Shown piece by piece: positions 20,007-30,534 of a stretch of 64,000 nt of DNA. Origin of the DNA: an uncultured Nitrospiraceae bacterium (GTDB taxonomy: Bacteria > Nitrospirota > Nitrospiria > Nitrospirales > Nitrospiraceae); the NCBI GenBank assembly GCA_963730935.1, contig CAVSTP010000004.1:800001-864000 (forward strand), read 5' to 3'. The translations under genes were made by a program, and so were the position numbers. A model generated the notes under the pieces. That model was not told the origin of the DNA. It saw only the letters and a list, made by a program, of their open reading frames with translations, and ran no database searches. Position 1 is the first letter of the stretch. Every line of letters begins with the position of its first letter.

Positions 20007-20552
20007 TCATTGGTGTATGGCATGCCCAACCATCATGCCAATGCTAGTTTTGCCGGTCGGCAATTTGGCGCCCTCGGGCCATAGTGAAAAGATGATTCCG
20101 TCGGTCTTGGCAACCGTGTCCGCAAACTCCTTGGCCTTATCGGGGGACATATCCAGTATCTTGATGTTCCCTATGACGCCCTCCACGGAATGATCATGCC
20201 AAACCTTTTTCCAAACCTTTTTGGGAAGGACCTTCTCGTCGCGAGTCACAGTCTTGGCGACAATGTACTCCACTCCGATGAGTTTCGCGTCGTTGTCATC
20301 CGTCTCGTAGAGAAGACACTCAATGAACGGCTCAGGAGAGACGATCTTGCAATAGTGATGGAATGGCCCTCGTACCTTACCATCGATCAAGTGCGGGGCC
20401 GTGACGTGGATGACATGCCCGTCCGCGGGAGTCGCTTTCGCGGCAGTTTCCGGTGCAGCTGGGGAGGCAGGAGGCGACTCTTGAGCTTGTGAAAGTCCCA
20501 CCGCGATTACAAGGATGAAACAAGAGTTTAGAATGCTCAGTGTCTTTGTCAT
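20007..20552 (-). CDS. DUF1264-like secreted protein
   Basis: HHYC...CLLY...LIGVEY...WHDH. Confidence 0.75.
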   Translation of the reverse strand: MTKTLSILNSCFILVIAVGLSQAQESPPASPAAPETAAKATPADGHVIHVTAPHLIDGKVRGPFHHYCKIVSPEPFIECLLYETDDNDAKLIGVEYIVAKTVTRDEKVLPKKVWKKVWHDHSVEGVIGNIKILDMSPDKAKEFADTVAKTDGIIFSLWPEGAKLPTGKTSIGMMVGHAIHQ

Positions 20553-20698
20553 GGCACCCTCCTTTCCTAAGACAGGTACTCCAGCTTACGAAAACAGCAC
20601 AAGACAGGCAAATGCCTGCAGCGCGGTGGGAGCGCACAGCGGTTTCCTAAGCCTTTCGGATAAGAGATTGTGCTTCTGCGGCTCAACAGCCTGGGAGA

Positions 20699-20830
20699 AG
20701 AGAAACGGAAATTCTACTTTTTCGCGGCGCATAGCGGGCCGGTCCCGTCCTCGCCTTCCCCCCTCGCATGCCCATTCTCACCGCTCAGCTTCTTCACACA
20801 GCGATAGCCAGGGCCCGACCTGGACGTAGC
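20699..20830 (+). repeat. Degenerate long repeat copy
   Basis: TTTCGCGGCGCATAGCGGGCCGG...CTCACCGCTCA...GCGATAG. Confidence 0.75.
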
Positions 20831-20923
20831 ATCTCTCGCTCTCGTGATATATGATTCGCACGTCGCTAGAGCAGACGTGCGGCATGTCATCGTGTTCGTG
20901 CTCGAAGGAAAGGATATGTTCCC

Positions 20924-21736
20924 ATGAATCCAAACAAAGCACTTTGGGAAAAAGGCGACTTTACTCGCATTGCGGAGACTATGAGAGAGAGCGGAGAGGC
21001 ACTCGCCAGGGGACTCGGCATCACACAAGGGATCAAAGTCTTGGACCTCGGATGCGGCGATGGAACAACGGCATTACCTGAGGCGAGACTCGGAGCAGAC
21101 GTGTTGGGTGTTGATATCGCGAGCAACCTGGTTGCGGCTGGGAACAAACGTGCACAGGAGCAGGGCCTCACGAACTGCAAGTTTCAGGAAGGCGATGCGT
21201 CCACTTTGCACGAATTGAAAGATGATACGTTTGATCTTGTCGTGAGCATTTTTGGAGCCATGTTCGCCCCAAGGCCGTTTGATGTGGCCAAGGAGATGGT
21301 ACGCGTGACCCGGCCCGGAGGTCAGATCATTATGGGGAACTGGATTCCCAACGATCCGACATTGGTCGCACAAATCTTGAAAATCAGTTCCTCGTACTCG
21401 CCCCCACCGCCGGAAGGCTTCGTCAGTCCTATGACGTGGGGAATCGAAAACACCGTGATCGAGCGATTTGCAGGCGCGGGGATTCCAAAAGAGAAGATCT
21501 CTTTTGTGAAAGACACGTTTACCTTCAACTATTCCGGCACACCATCCGATCTGCTTGGTGTATTCAGAAGATACTATGGGCCAACCATGAATGCGTTTGA
21601 AGCGGCAGAAAAGAATGGTCGGGCCGGTAATTTACAGAAGGAGCTGGAAGTTCTGTTCAATAGTCAAAACACAAGCCCACGCAAGGATGCCACTTCTATT
21701 CCTGCGTCCTTCTTGCGCGTCACTGTTTGCGTATAG
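20924..21736 (+). CDS. Class I SAM-dependent methyltransferase
   Basis: VLDLGCGDG, FGAMFAP, RPGG. Confidence 0.9.
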   Translation: MNPNKALWEKGDFTRIAETMRESGEALARGLGITQGIKVLDLGCGDGTTALPEARLGADVLGVDIASNLVAAGNKRAQEQGLTNCKFQEGDASTLHELKDDTFDLVVSIFGAMFAPRPFDVAKEMVRVTRPGGQIIMGNWIPNDPTLVAQILKISSSYSPPPPEGFVSPMTWGIENTVIERFAGAGIPKEKISFVKDTFTFNYSGTPSDLLGVFRRYYGPTMNAFEAAEKNGRAGNLQKELEVLFNSQNTSPRKDATSIPASFLRVTVCV

Positions 21737-21929
21737 TGGCCCAGAAAACCTGAGTACAAATCAGGGGCAGTTCTTGACCTTGCACCTCGGACGAAACCGA
21801 TAGACGGGACTGAACAACCATTTCGCTACGCGTGGCGGACTTGTCTCTAAACACTGCCGTCCGCCACCTATGGGGTCTATGCTAGGGAATACAGAACCAG
21901 TCAAGAACCGAGGGACAAAGGGTGATCTG

Positions 21930-22493
21930 ATGAATCAACAATCTCGCAATGGACATACTCACGGCTGGACGAGACTGGGCTTCTGTCTCGCTGTCCTGCT
22001 ATGCGGAGCGGCTATCGGATCTGCAGAGGAAACGCCAGTTCCTCCGCCTCCAAAAGACACACCGCCTCTAGAAGGTGGTGACGTGCAGGAGCGAGGCGTC
22101 ACAAAGGGCGACGTTGGGAATTTGAAGGACAAAATGCTTCAGCAGAAACTTCAGCCTCAGCCAGGAGGAACTCCTCCCCCACAGCTCTGCCACACCGAGA
22201 CTCGGATGATGACGCAGTGCAAGTGTTTCAATCAGGCGGAGTGCCAACCGCTTTCGGCGCTGTTTCCCAATCCCTGCCCGCCGGGCAGCCAGCATTGCGA
22301 ATTCGTGCCGATGGCACGAGGTACCCTGCCTCCGTTGCCACCGAATCTCTGTGGATATCAAGTGCCTTGGACCTTCACCCAGTGCTCGTGCCACAACCAA
22401 ACCGAATGCCAATTACTCTCACCTTTTTGTCCTGGCTCCTGCCCAGCTGGAAGCCAGAGCTGCAATTGCACACCCTTACGTAGAGGAAATTGA
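21930..22493 (+). CDS. Secreted Cys/Pro-rich hypothetical protein
   Basis: Signal peptide; duplicated CxCxNQxECQ module. Confidence 0.65.
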   Translation: MNQQSRNGHTHGWTRLGFCLAVLLCGAAIGSAEETPVPPPPKDTPPLEGGDVQERGVTKGDVGNLKDKMLQQKLQPQPGGTPPPQLCHTETRMMTQCKCFNQAECQPLSALFPNPCPPGSQHCEFVPMARGTLPPLPPNLCGYQVPWTFTQCSCHNQTECQLLSPFCPGSCPAGSQSCNCTPLRRGN

Positions 22494-22549
22494 TCGGATG
22501 GAATGATCGCCTGAAATAGCCGTGGCCTTGCCCATGCTGCCGTATGCGC

Positions 22550-22699
22550 AAGAAAAAGGCGTCAGGACCATTTCGCGGGGCGGGCCGGCGCGTTCCTCAC
22601 CTCGCCCATCCCCACCGCTGATCGCACCTCACACCGCGATAGACCCCGCCCACGTGAAAACGTAGAATGTCCTGCTTCCTTCGACCGAAGTCAGACTCG
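22550..22699 (+). repeat. Long array repeat copy
   Basis: AAAAGGCGTCAGGACC adaptor through GTAGAATGTCC and CTTCGACCGAAGTCAGACTCG. Confidence 0.9.
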
Positions 22700-22731
22700 T
22701 TGAGAATGCAACCCTCAGAGATCATGCAATC

Positions 22732-23568
22732 GTGAGCCGAAAACTCGAACTGATTCGTGAGGAAAAGCTCTTCCGCCTGCTGCCGGGCAGGACGAAGCAC
22801 AGCCGACTGGAGGCCAGCGGGGTCGCGCTGATCGACGACAACACAGCACTGGTGGTATTCGACAATCTCAATCACGTGGCGCGCATCGATCTTTCGCTCA
22901 AACGCCATACAAGCAACGCGCTTCTACCCGCGCCAAGCCTGGGATCGGGATTCGAGGACATCGGCATCGATCACCGGCACCGCCGGGTATTCTGTCTCAT
23001 CGAGTCGGTGGAGGACTGCGACGGACTCCTCCGCGGATTTGTCGCCGAGTACGATCAAGGCGGCCGGTTCATCCGCTGTTCTCGACTTCCTGCCCGCCTG
23101 GCAAAGGCCAACAAGGGCTTCGAAGGTCTCGAGCACGTGTGGCGGGGCAGCCGGGAGTATCTGTACGCCCTCTGTGAGGCAACTCCCAAGCTGGGCAAGG
23201 GGCGCATCGAGGTCTTCGTTCGCGCCCGGAACAGCGAATGGAAGGCCTCGCACCGTATCCAATTGCCCCAAAAGGCCGAGTTCGAGGACTATGCTGCAAT
23301 GTCGTATCGCGCCCGGAAGCTCGCCGTGGTCTCCCAGGCTTCCGCCCGAGTGTGGGTTGCTGAGATCGATGAAAAGGCCCGTGCGGTGGTACCGGGGTCG
23401 CAGGCCGTCTACCGCTTCCCTAGCAAGCGCTACGGCAACGTCGAGGGAATTGCCTGGCTCGCTCCGGACACCCTGGTAGCCGTCTCCGACCGAACGAAGA
23501 AACAACAGCCCGATCGCTGCTCAGACAAGGATCAAAGCATCCATCTATTTCGGATCCCAGCGGGTTAA
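22732..23568 (+). CDS. Hypothetical beta-propeller-like protein (SdiA-regulated/esterase-like)
   Basis: LEASGV, GFEDI, GFEGL, NVEGIAW repeats. Confidence 0.65.
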   Translation: MSRKLELIREEKLFRLLPGRTKHSRLEASGVALIDDNTALVVFDNLNHVARIDLSLKRHTSNALLPAPSLGSGFEDIGIDHRHRRVFCLIESVEDCDGLLRGFVAEYDQGGRFIRCSRLPARLAKANKGFEGLEHVWRGSREYLYALCEATPKLGKGRIEVFVRARNSEWKASHRIQLPQKAEFEDYAAMSYRARKLAVVSQASARVWVAEIDEKARAVVPGSQAVYRFPSKRYGNVEGIAWLAPDTLVAVSDRTKKQQPDRCSDKDQSIHLFRIPAG

Positions 23569-23692
23569 GGAGCAAGAAAAGGGGACAGTCTACTTTTCTG
23601 CATGAGAAAAGGTGTCAGGACCCATTTCTCGGCGCCTGGCGGGCGGCTTGTTCCCGCGAGACAAACGCATGGATTGAAGGAACGGAACGACG

Positions 23693-24658
23693 ATGCCTCC
23701 ATTTCCAAAGCCATCATTTAGTTTTTCTTACCAAGTACAGACTGAGATCACAGCGCTTCGCCGTCACAAGGCAAAACCAGACCGGTTGATTCCCACCAAG
23801 ACCACAAATCGTCTGCTCCTTGCGACCTGGAATATTGCCAATCTTGGGGTGCAGGAGCGGCGCAGCCAGGATTATCAACTGATCGCCGAAATGATCAGTT
23901 GGTTTGATATCGTGGCTATTCAAGAAGTGAATGACAATCTCATCGGCCTTAGAGGAATTCAACAACATCTGCCTACGATGATGCGCACGCTATTTTCCGA
24001 CGAGGCGGGTAACAACGAGCGAATGGCATTTATCTATGACTCCACAAAAGTCACCCTGCGAGAAAAGGTTGGAGAGATCGCCATTCCTCCCAGTGAGAGT
24101 CGGTACATCACACTGCCGGGCATTAACCAGAAGTTTGATGGGTTTGATCGCAATCCTTACATGGCTGCGTTTCAGGCAGGGAATTTCCAATTCCTGCTCA
24201 TCAATGTCCATCTTTACTATGGGAGCGATTCAGCAGTATCGATGAACCGTCGAAGTTTAGAAACTTTTGCCGTGGCTCGGTGGGCGGACAATCGCAGAAA
24301 GAGTCCCAACTGCTACTGCCAAGACATCATCGCGCTGGGGGATTTCAATCTTCCAAAAACCAAGCCAAACGATCCGATCTTCGATGCTCTCACAAGTCGC
24401 GGCCTTCACCTCCCTGAGCATACGTCAGAAGTTGGATCGAGCATCGCCTCTGACAATCATTATGACCAAATTGCCTTTTTCCCTGGTCAGACAAGCCAGG
24501 AGTACACCGGCAATACCGGCATCTTCGACTTTGATACTGCAGTGTTTTCGACATTATATGGCACAAATCCCAACCCGAATCAGAAGCAACAATTTTTCGC
24601 TTATGTCCGATACTATCTTTCGGATCATCGCATTATGTGGGCGGAATTCAGGACCTAA
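23693..24658 (+). CDS. Endonuclease/exonuclease/phosphatase family protein
   Basis: ATWNI, AIQEV, GDFN, YDQI, SDH. Confidence 0.9.
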   Translation: MPPFPKPSFSFSYQVQTEITALRRHKAKPDRLIPTKTTNRLLLATWNIANLGVQERRSQDYQLIAEMISWFDIVAIQEVNDNLIGLRGIQQHLPTMMRTLFSDEAGNNERMAFIYDSTKVTLREKVGEIAIPPSESRYITLPGINQKFDGFDRNPYMAAFQAGNFQFLLINVHLYYGSDSAVSMNRRSLETFAVARWADNRRKSPNCYCQDIIALGDFNLPKTKPNDPIFDALTSRGLHLPEHTSEVGSSIASDNHYDQIAFFPGQTSQEYTGNTGIFDFDTAVFSTLYGTNPNPNQKQQFFAYVRYYLSDHRIMWAEFRT

Positions 24659-24880
24659 CGATTGTCCGCGGTCGTTTTGCTCCTTGAAAAGAGAAAAGGG
24701 ACATTCTACTTTTCCAGAAAGACCCATTAACAACCATTTCCCGGCGCATGACGGACCGGCTTTGAATCACTACCCTCTCCTGACCGATCTTTCCATCGCG
24801 TCAGCAATAATCAACGATGGCTACATCAGTTTCATGACTCGCCATCATCCAGATCCTCTAATACTTTCCACTCGCCATCC

Positions 24881-26041
24881 CTAGAATGGCATAAACTCGA
24901 AGTTCTGCGGAACAACGGGAGGCACCTCTATTTTGGGACGTTGAGGAGGACCAGGCGGCGATGGCCGTTCCCCGAGCGTGACATCAAGTGTGTGTGCCTC
25001 ACCATCTCGATGGACCTTGAGCGTAACGGACTGCTCCGCTTTCAGTTGCTTGAAGACCTTGGCATACTGCCCGCTAGTCTTAACGTCCTGCCCATTGATG
25101 CTCACGATAATATCCCCGCCCAAGACCCATGGTTCTCCCTCAATGGTCACATCCAATTCACCGGCGCGGAGTCCGACCCTTCGGGCGGGACTTCCTTCTT
25201 CTACATCGATGATGAGCAAGCCCCCTACAAGAGGCAACGCAATGAGATTGCGCAATTCGTCGGTCACAAATTTTCCTTTAATGCCTAGCCAAGGTCGGAT
25301 CACGCGGCCATGGGCCCGCAGTTCTGGCAGAACAGCTTTCACGGTATTGATCGGAATGGCAAACCCGATGTTCTGCGCTCCCAGCAAAATGGCGGAGTTG
25401 ATGCCGACCACGCGGTCCTCCGAATCGACGAGCGGACCGCCGCTGTTCCCGGGATTAAAAGGGGCCGTCGTTTGAATGACCCGGTCTTGGAACACTTCCT
25501 GTTTGGTCTCAAAGAGTTTGCCGAATCCACTTACAATGCCTGTTGAAAAGGCATAGCCAAGCCCAAACGGATGTCCAATAGCGAGGACTTTTTGGCCGAT
25601 TTCGAGTTTGTCGGAATCCCCAAGATGAGCAGGAGCATATTGCCCTTTCGGGAGGGTGACCTGGAGCAAGGCGACATCGGTTTGCGGATCGCTTCCGATC
25701 AGCTCTGCCGGCAGACGAGTCCCATCATGTAATGTCACGGTGATTCCAGCTGCTCCTTCCACGACGTGTGCATTGGTGACAATTGCGCCTCTTTCATCGA
25801 TCAGAATCCCGGAACCGAGACCTTTGTCCGATGCGTGAGCGATGTGATGGGAGCTGACGTAGGCTGAGGCCACCAAGACGGTGGATTTCGCCATCTGCTT
25901 ATAGACCCTCACGCTGTTCACTTCCTCCGGCGTGACCAAGGCGGCACCGAGCAAGCTTGGTATTCCCGTGCAGACGGTCAGCACTAGACAAGCGACAAAC
26001 CAGCTAAGGAGCGAGCTCATAGAATTGCAGCACTGTCTCAT
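24881..26041 (-). CDS. HtrA/DegP-like serine protease with PDZ domain
   Basis: TNAHVV, DVALL, NPGNSGGPL triad and a PDZ domain. Confidence 0.9.
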   Translation of the reverse strand: MRQCCNSMSSLLSWFVACLVLTVCTGIPSLLGAALVTPEEVNSVRVYKQMAKSTVLVASAYVSSHHIAHASDKGLGSGILIDERGAIVTNAHVVEGAAGITVTLHDGTRLPAELIGSDPQTDVALLQVTLPKGQYAPAHLGDSDKLEIGQKVLAIGHPFGLGYAFSTGIVSGFGKLFETKQEVFQDRVIQTTAPFNPGNSGGPLVDSEDRVVGINSAILLGAQNIGFAIPINTVKAVLPELRAHGRVIRPWLGIKGKFVTDELRNLIALPLVGGLLIIDVEEGSPARRVGLRAGELDVTIEGEPWVLGGDIIVSINGQDVKTSGQYAKVFKQLKAEQSVTLKVHRDGEAHTLDVTLGERPSPPGPPQRPKIEVPPVVPQNFEFMPF

Positions 26042-26305
26042 CGAGGTCTCCTTCCTTGGAGAACAAGGCGGGTGGCATCTTAGTACACAGTCGCGCCAAG
26101 ACTCGAAAAGGTTACACGGCATGAGCTACATTTTTGGTTTCTGGAGGTCTTTGGAGTTGGGAACCTATGGCAGTTCCCTGTCAAATCCTGCAGATATACA
26201 TGTGATGCGTGGCGGGCTGGGTTAAATTTGTGGGACCGATGAGGTTTTACGTCCGAACCAGAGAGGTCGCTCTTTATTCACCGTGCTCAATCGCGTGTGT
26301 AGTCC

Positions 26306-26725
26306 CTACGGGCCATTCACCCACCACTGAAGTTTCAATCGGGGCCGGATGTACGGGATGCCCCATGACCGAATAGAGAGCCGCCAACAATGATCGCTGC
26401 CGCCAATGACTGCAATGAATGTGCGTTCGTCAATCCATTTGATGTCCTGAAGCAAGAATGTTTCGTACATCCAGCCGAGCCACCGACACGATATCAGCCG
26501 CAAGGGCTCTTTGCTGATGAAGGCGAAATTCGTGATCTCTTCGAACGGGCAATCGTAATCGGTGATGAGAATGTAGCCGTCCGATGTCTCGAACTGGCTT
26601 AACAATACGTACCCGGGCAACGAAAGCTTGGTACGCTTGCCATCCAAAAACAGGCGGGAACGGAGTGGCCAAGTCTCATATTCGCCGTCGTGCTTCTCCA
26701 GCGTAAATCGGTTGATCGGCTTCAT
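26306..26725 (-). CDS. Hypothetical protein
   Basis: 139-aa ORF filling the cassette; TDYDCPFEE motif. Confidence 0.6.
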   Translation of the reverse strand: MKPINRFTLEKHDGEYETWPLRSRLFLDGKRTKLSLPGYVLLSQFETSDGYILITDYDCPFEEITNFAFISKEPLRLISCRWLGWMYETFLLQDIKWIDERTFIAVIGGSDHCWRLSIRSWGIPYIRPRLKLQWWVNGP

Positions 26726-26744
26726 ATATCAATTATAGCGAGAG

Positions 26745-26850
26745 CATGGCGGACCGGCTCGTTGCTCGCCTCTCCGCCACCTTCACCGCCCATCGCACCT
26801 CACACCGCGATAGACCCCGCCCCCATGAAAACGTAACATGTTCTGGTTTC
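26745..26850 (+). repeat. Long array repeat copy
   Basis: Core, middle module and ACGTAACATG. Confidence 0.85.
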
Positions 26851-26971
26851 TGACGCGTGCCGGACCGGTCTTATTGCCTGCTCTCCGTTGAACCTGTCCT
26901 TTTCACTCGCTGACATACAATCATCATGCCGGTTTTATCTTTCCTTATGCATTGACAGGGGAAACGTACTT

Positions 26972-26989
26972 ACTGTCAATTCTGACAGT
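26972..26989. promoter_or_regulatory. Palindromic putative operator ACTGTCA-ATTC-TGACAGT
   Basis: An identical 17-mer occurs at 63632-63648. Confidence 0.5.
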
Positions 26990-27097
26990 TTCCTTCGACC
27001 CACTCAGTCCTTACACTTCGTACGCATCAGTTTATATGTTGCTCTGAGATGTTCGTGTCCGAGTTGAGCGACACACATTAAGAGAGGAGACACTCTC

Positions 27098-27520
27098 ATG
27101 AGACGACTTGTTGTATTGCTGTTTTCAGTTGCGATGGTATCAGGCGCTGTCGCTGCCAGCGCCGAAACGTCTACACCGACCGACACGCCTCCCGCCAAAC
27201 TGATCGTGGACCCTCCAGTTCCTGACCTTCTGGCTCAGGGCATCGTCTGGATCACGTGGCGAGCGGAGAACGTAAACATCGGACCGGAGTCCGGCAAAGA
27301 CGCCCTCAACGCATCTCCACGGGTTGGACATCTGCACATACACGTTGACGACCTGCCATGGTTGTGGGCGCACATGAGTACTGCCCCGATCGACGTGGCC
27401 TTGTTGCCGCCCGGCCCGCACAAGATCAGAATCGAATTGGTGAATGCCATCCATCAAGGCGTCCCCGAGCAGTCAAAGACAGTGACGTTCACCATTCCTG
27501 AGGGAGCGCATCCTCACTGA
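27098..27520 (+). CDS. DUF6130-like secreted protein
   Basis: SPRVGHLHIHVDDLPW, LPPGPH. Confidence 0.75.
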   Translation: MRRLVVLLFSVAMVSGAVAASAETSTPTDTPPAKLIVDPPVPDLLAQGIVWITWRAENVNIGPESGKDALNASPRVGHLHIHVDDLPWLWAHMSTAPIDVALLPPGPHKIRIELVNAIHQGVPEQSKTVTFTIPEGAHPH

Positions 27521-27569
27521 AGGTCGTGGAAACTCTAGCGCAACGTCTGGCGCAAAGGCGGGATGTTGG

Positions 27570-28484
27570 ATGGTTGATATCGGCCCGATACTTGTAACCG
27601 GCGCAGCGGGTCAACTCGGGGCGGTTGGCAGAACCGTGACTAGCCTTCTCCTCGATAGAGGTATTCCGGTTCGCGCCATGGTCCGCCGCGAGGACGAGCG
27701 GGCCGCTGCTTTGCGAGCCGCAGGCGCCGAGGTGGTGGTTGGAAACCTGCTCGAACCGGCCGACGTCTATCGAGTCGTGAAAGGCTGCCAGCGCGTCTAT
27801 TTCAGTATGTCTGTGTCTCCAGGGTATTTAGAGGCGGCACTCATCATGGCGGCAGTCGCCCGGGAAGTCCGGGTCAACACCCTGGTCAACATGTCTCAGA
27901 TGACTGTCTCGCAGATGAGCATCCAGAACACAACCCCGAGTCATCAGCAGCGCCAGCACTGGCTTAGCGAACAGGCGTTCATGTGGTCCGGCGTGCCAAT
28001 CGTCACCATCCGGCCAACCATGTTCCTGGAGAGCTTTCTCCCCCTCGCAGGTCCCACGATTCGCGACCGTAGCCGCATCGAGCTGCCATTCGGACGGGGC
28101 AAGACTTCTCCGGTTGCTGCGGCTGATGTGGCCCGCGTCGTCGCTGCCGTCCTCTCTCACCCTGGGCCGCACATCGGCCAGATATACGAACTCACGGGGC
28201 CTCGGTCGCAGGACATGCACGGGGTCGCTCGGGAATTCTCAGATGCACTGAACCGAGACGTCACATACAGTGACATCCCACCAGAGGATTGGGATCGGCA
28301 TCTACAAAACCAGCAAGTGCCGGAGCATCTCGCCCTGCACCTGATGACGATGGCCGAGTTGCACCGAGCCGGTCGGTATGACCGGATGGCTGACGGCGTG
28401 CAGCTGGTGACTGGCCTGCCAGCAATGAGCATCCGGGAATTCGTGTCGCTTCACGCGGATAAGTTCGGCGGTCGTCGATCTTAA
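27570..28484 (+). CDS. NmrA-like NAD(P)H-binding protein
   Basis: ILVTGAAG, IRPTMF, YELTGP. Confidence 0.85.
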   Translation: MVDIGPILVTGAAGQLGAVGRTVTSLLLDRGIPVRAMVRREDERAAALRAAGAEVVVGNLLEPADVYRVVKGCQRVYFSMSVSPGYLEAALIMAAVAREVRVNTLVNMSQMTVSQMSIQNTTPSHQQRQHWLSEQAFMWSGVPIVTIRPTMFLESFLPLAGPTIRDRSRIELPFGRGKTSPVAAADVARVVAAVLSHPGPHIGQIYELTGPRSQDMHGVAREFSDALNRDVTYSDIPPEDWDRHLQNQQVPEHLALHLMTMAELHRAGRYDRMADGVQLVTGLPAMSIREFVSLHADKFGGRRS

Positions 28485-28668
28485 CGATCACTAATAAGAA
28501 GTCATCAGGAACCATTAGGAGGCGCGTGGCGGCCAATCTCACGGTCTTCCCCTCTGCGATGGACTGAGGCGATCCAGCGAAGTAGAATATCCTCCGCTGC
28601 CGCACCTTTCTTGTTCTCATCGCACCGAACTCTGATGTGCATGGAGGCTGTCATGAGGAGGACGTTCG

Positions 28669-28787
28669 TCATTTCGCGGCGCGTGGGGGACGGCTCGTTC
28701 CTCGCCTCCCCGCCCTGCTCGCTCATCGCACCTCACACCGTAATAGACCCCGCCCCACGAAACATGTCCTAGATTCTTCGACCGAAG
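28669..28787 (+). repeat. Long array repeat copy lacking GTAGA
   Basis: Core, middle module, CATGTCC and CTTCGACCGAAG. Confidence 0.85.
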
Positions 28788-28796
28788 GCATGACAT

Positions 28797-29090
28797 TTAC
28801 GTCAGCTCACCGACAATCCCACGAAACTCGTCCTCGGTAAAAGCCTTCACCGTCTGCGTTCGGAGATTGCCTTGCGAGCCAAGCCAAAGTAGATGTTTTG
28901 CAAGAGTTGCATCATTGGGCACGTCGACAATGGCCAACATGTCATATGATCCCGTAGTGAGATAAAATGCTTTGATTTCTCCGCCCATTTCCTTCAGCTT
29001 CTTCCTTCCAAGGTCGAGGCGTTTTGCTGATTCTTTCACGCTACGAATACCCTGATCTGTCCACTGTGACTGGATTATATAAGTAGGCAT
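28797..29090 (-). CDS. GYD domain protein
   Basis: WTDQG...GSYD...GNLRTQT; GGAGG RBS. Confidence 0.85.
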   Translation of the reverse strand: MPTYIIQSQWTDQGIRSVKESAKRLDLGRKKLKEMGGEIKAFYLTTGSYDMLAIVDVPNDATLAKHLLWLGSQGNLRTQTVKAFTEDEFRGIVGELT

Positions 29091-29151
29091 GTGTGACCTC
29101 CTTTGAGTCAGGTTGAAGATGAGGATCGATTGTAGCAGGGTGCCTAGCAAG

Positions 29152-29243
29152 AAAAGAAATCGTGGCAGAAACCATTTCGCGGGCCGGATCGTTGCTCGCC
29201 TTCCCGCTCCCTCCTCTCACGGTTCATCGCACGTTACACCGCG
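29152..29243 (+). repeat. Degenerate long repeat copy
   Basis: AACCATTTCGCGGGCCGG...ATCGCACGTTACACCGCG. Confidence 0.75.
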
Positions 29244-29406
29244 AGGGGTGGAATCAGTGGAACCAATAGAAATCGGGCAACTAAACCAGCTGCAGATCAA
29301 GCCGTTATAACAATTACCCTGGCACGCTCTTTCTCAACAGAAATTGCTTCAGACAATTAACTCTGTTACTACATTCCCCAATTGTAGTGAGTCTCTTCGG
29401 CAATAC

Positions 29407-29757
29407 ATGAAAAGAGCTATCATTCTGACGAGTATTGTTCTCACAGCGTGTTCTGCAACAGTTCCTGCGACTATGAAGATCGAAAGAAATCAAATCCTGC
29501 GAGGATCTGCGAGCGGGAAGGTAGGGAGGGATGCGGTTATTTCCGTGAACAATATCGAAGGTCTGTCCTGCGCCGGGAAGATGTTTGTTCCGGTCACCGA
29601 AACCACTACTGAAGGCACAATCCAATGTAGCGACAAGCGGAAAGGGAATTTTACCGCGAATGGTAAGGGCGACTCGTGGGCGGGAGAAGGAAAACTGAAC
29701 GATGGATCGAAATTCTTAATTTTGCTTGGAACGAAGAGGACACCGCTAGAGTACTAA
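29407..29757 (+). CDS. Hypothetical lipoprotein
   Basis: LTAC lipobox. Confidence 0.65.
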   Translation: MKRAIILTSIVLTACSATVPATMKIERNQILRGSASGKVGRDAVISVNNIEGLSCAGKMFVPVTETTTEGTIQCSDKRKGNFTANGKGDSWAGEGKLNDGSKFLILLGTKRTPLEY

Positions 29758-29787
29758 AGCGCGACGCCCTATCGGTTCTCCCGGAAC

Positions 29788-29923
29788 AAGAAAAGGGGAC
29801 AGGCTACTTTTCTAACATATTAAACAGCCATTGCTCGGCGCGTGGCGGAGCCGGCTCGTTCCTCACCCCGCCTCCTCAGCGCTCATCGCACCTCACACTG
29901 CAATAGATCCCGCCCGAATGAAA
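29788..29923 (+). repeat. Long array repeat copy with RAYT 3'-end adaptor
   Basis: AAGAAAAGGGGACAGGCTACTTTTCTAA, core and middle module. Confidence 0.85.
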
Positions 29924-30056
29924 CTAGGGCGTAGAGCCATTGACTCTCTCCTCTAACTTCATCAGAATTTGCCTTTCGCTTCATCATTCATTTAACAAGG
30001 TTTTCACAGCAGTTATCGGAGATTGGCAGGTCCTGGCTCAACAAGGAGGAACTACC

Positions 30057-30239
30057 ATGGGGAAAATCGTTGAGTGCGCCAAGGTTGATCCATCGTCCGG
30101 ATGCACACATGTAATCAGGGGCACCACCGAAGAGGAAGTACTCAAGAAAGCCGCGGAACACGCAAAGCAGCATGGAATTCGAGAGGTCACCCCGGAGCTC
30201 AAGGCTAAAGTAAAGGCAGCAATCCGAGACGAGAAGTAA
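30057..30239 (+). CDS. DUF1059 domain protein
   Basis: C...C.HVIRG..EEEVL....EHA...HG; AGGAGG RBS. Confidence 0.85.
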   Translation: MGKIVECAKVDPSSGCTHVIRGTTEEEVLKKAAEHAKQHGIREVTPELKAKVKAAIRDEK

Positions 30240-30299
30240 CCTTTCCCTCAAGCTCTCTATCAAAGCTTGATCCGGCCCGCCTCGCTAATGGAGGAGTGG

Positions 30300-30430
30300 G
30301 GGGGCCGGCTTGTCGCTCGCCCCCCTCACCGCCCATCACACCTCACACCGCGATAGACCCCGCTTACGTGGAAACAAGAAAAAGGGACAGGCTACTTTTC
30401 TGATAGAGGAGAGAAAGGTGGCAGGACCCA
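30300..30430 (+). repeat. Repeat copy followed by two adaptors
   Basis: Middle module, then AAAAGGGACAGGCTACTTT and AAAGGTGGCAGGACCC. Confidence 0.8.
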
Positions 30431-30534
30431 TTGCGGGGCTCATCCCTGACGTAATGGATACGCTTTTCCATTTCCGCTACACTGCGTCAACATTGCCTAA
30501 TGGTTACACCAAATACAGCTGCACGTGAGAAATC

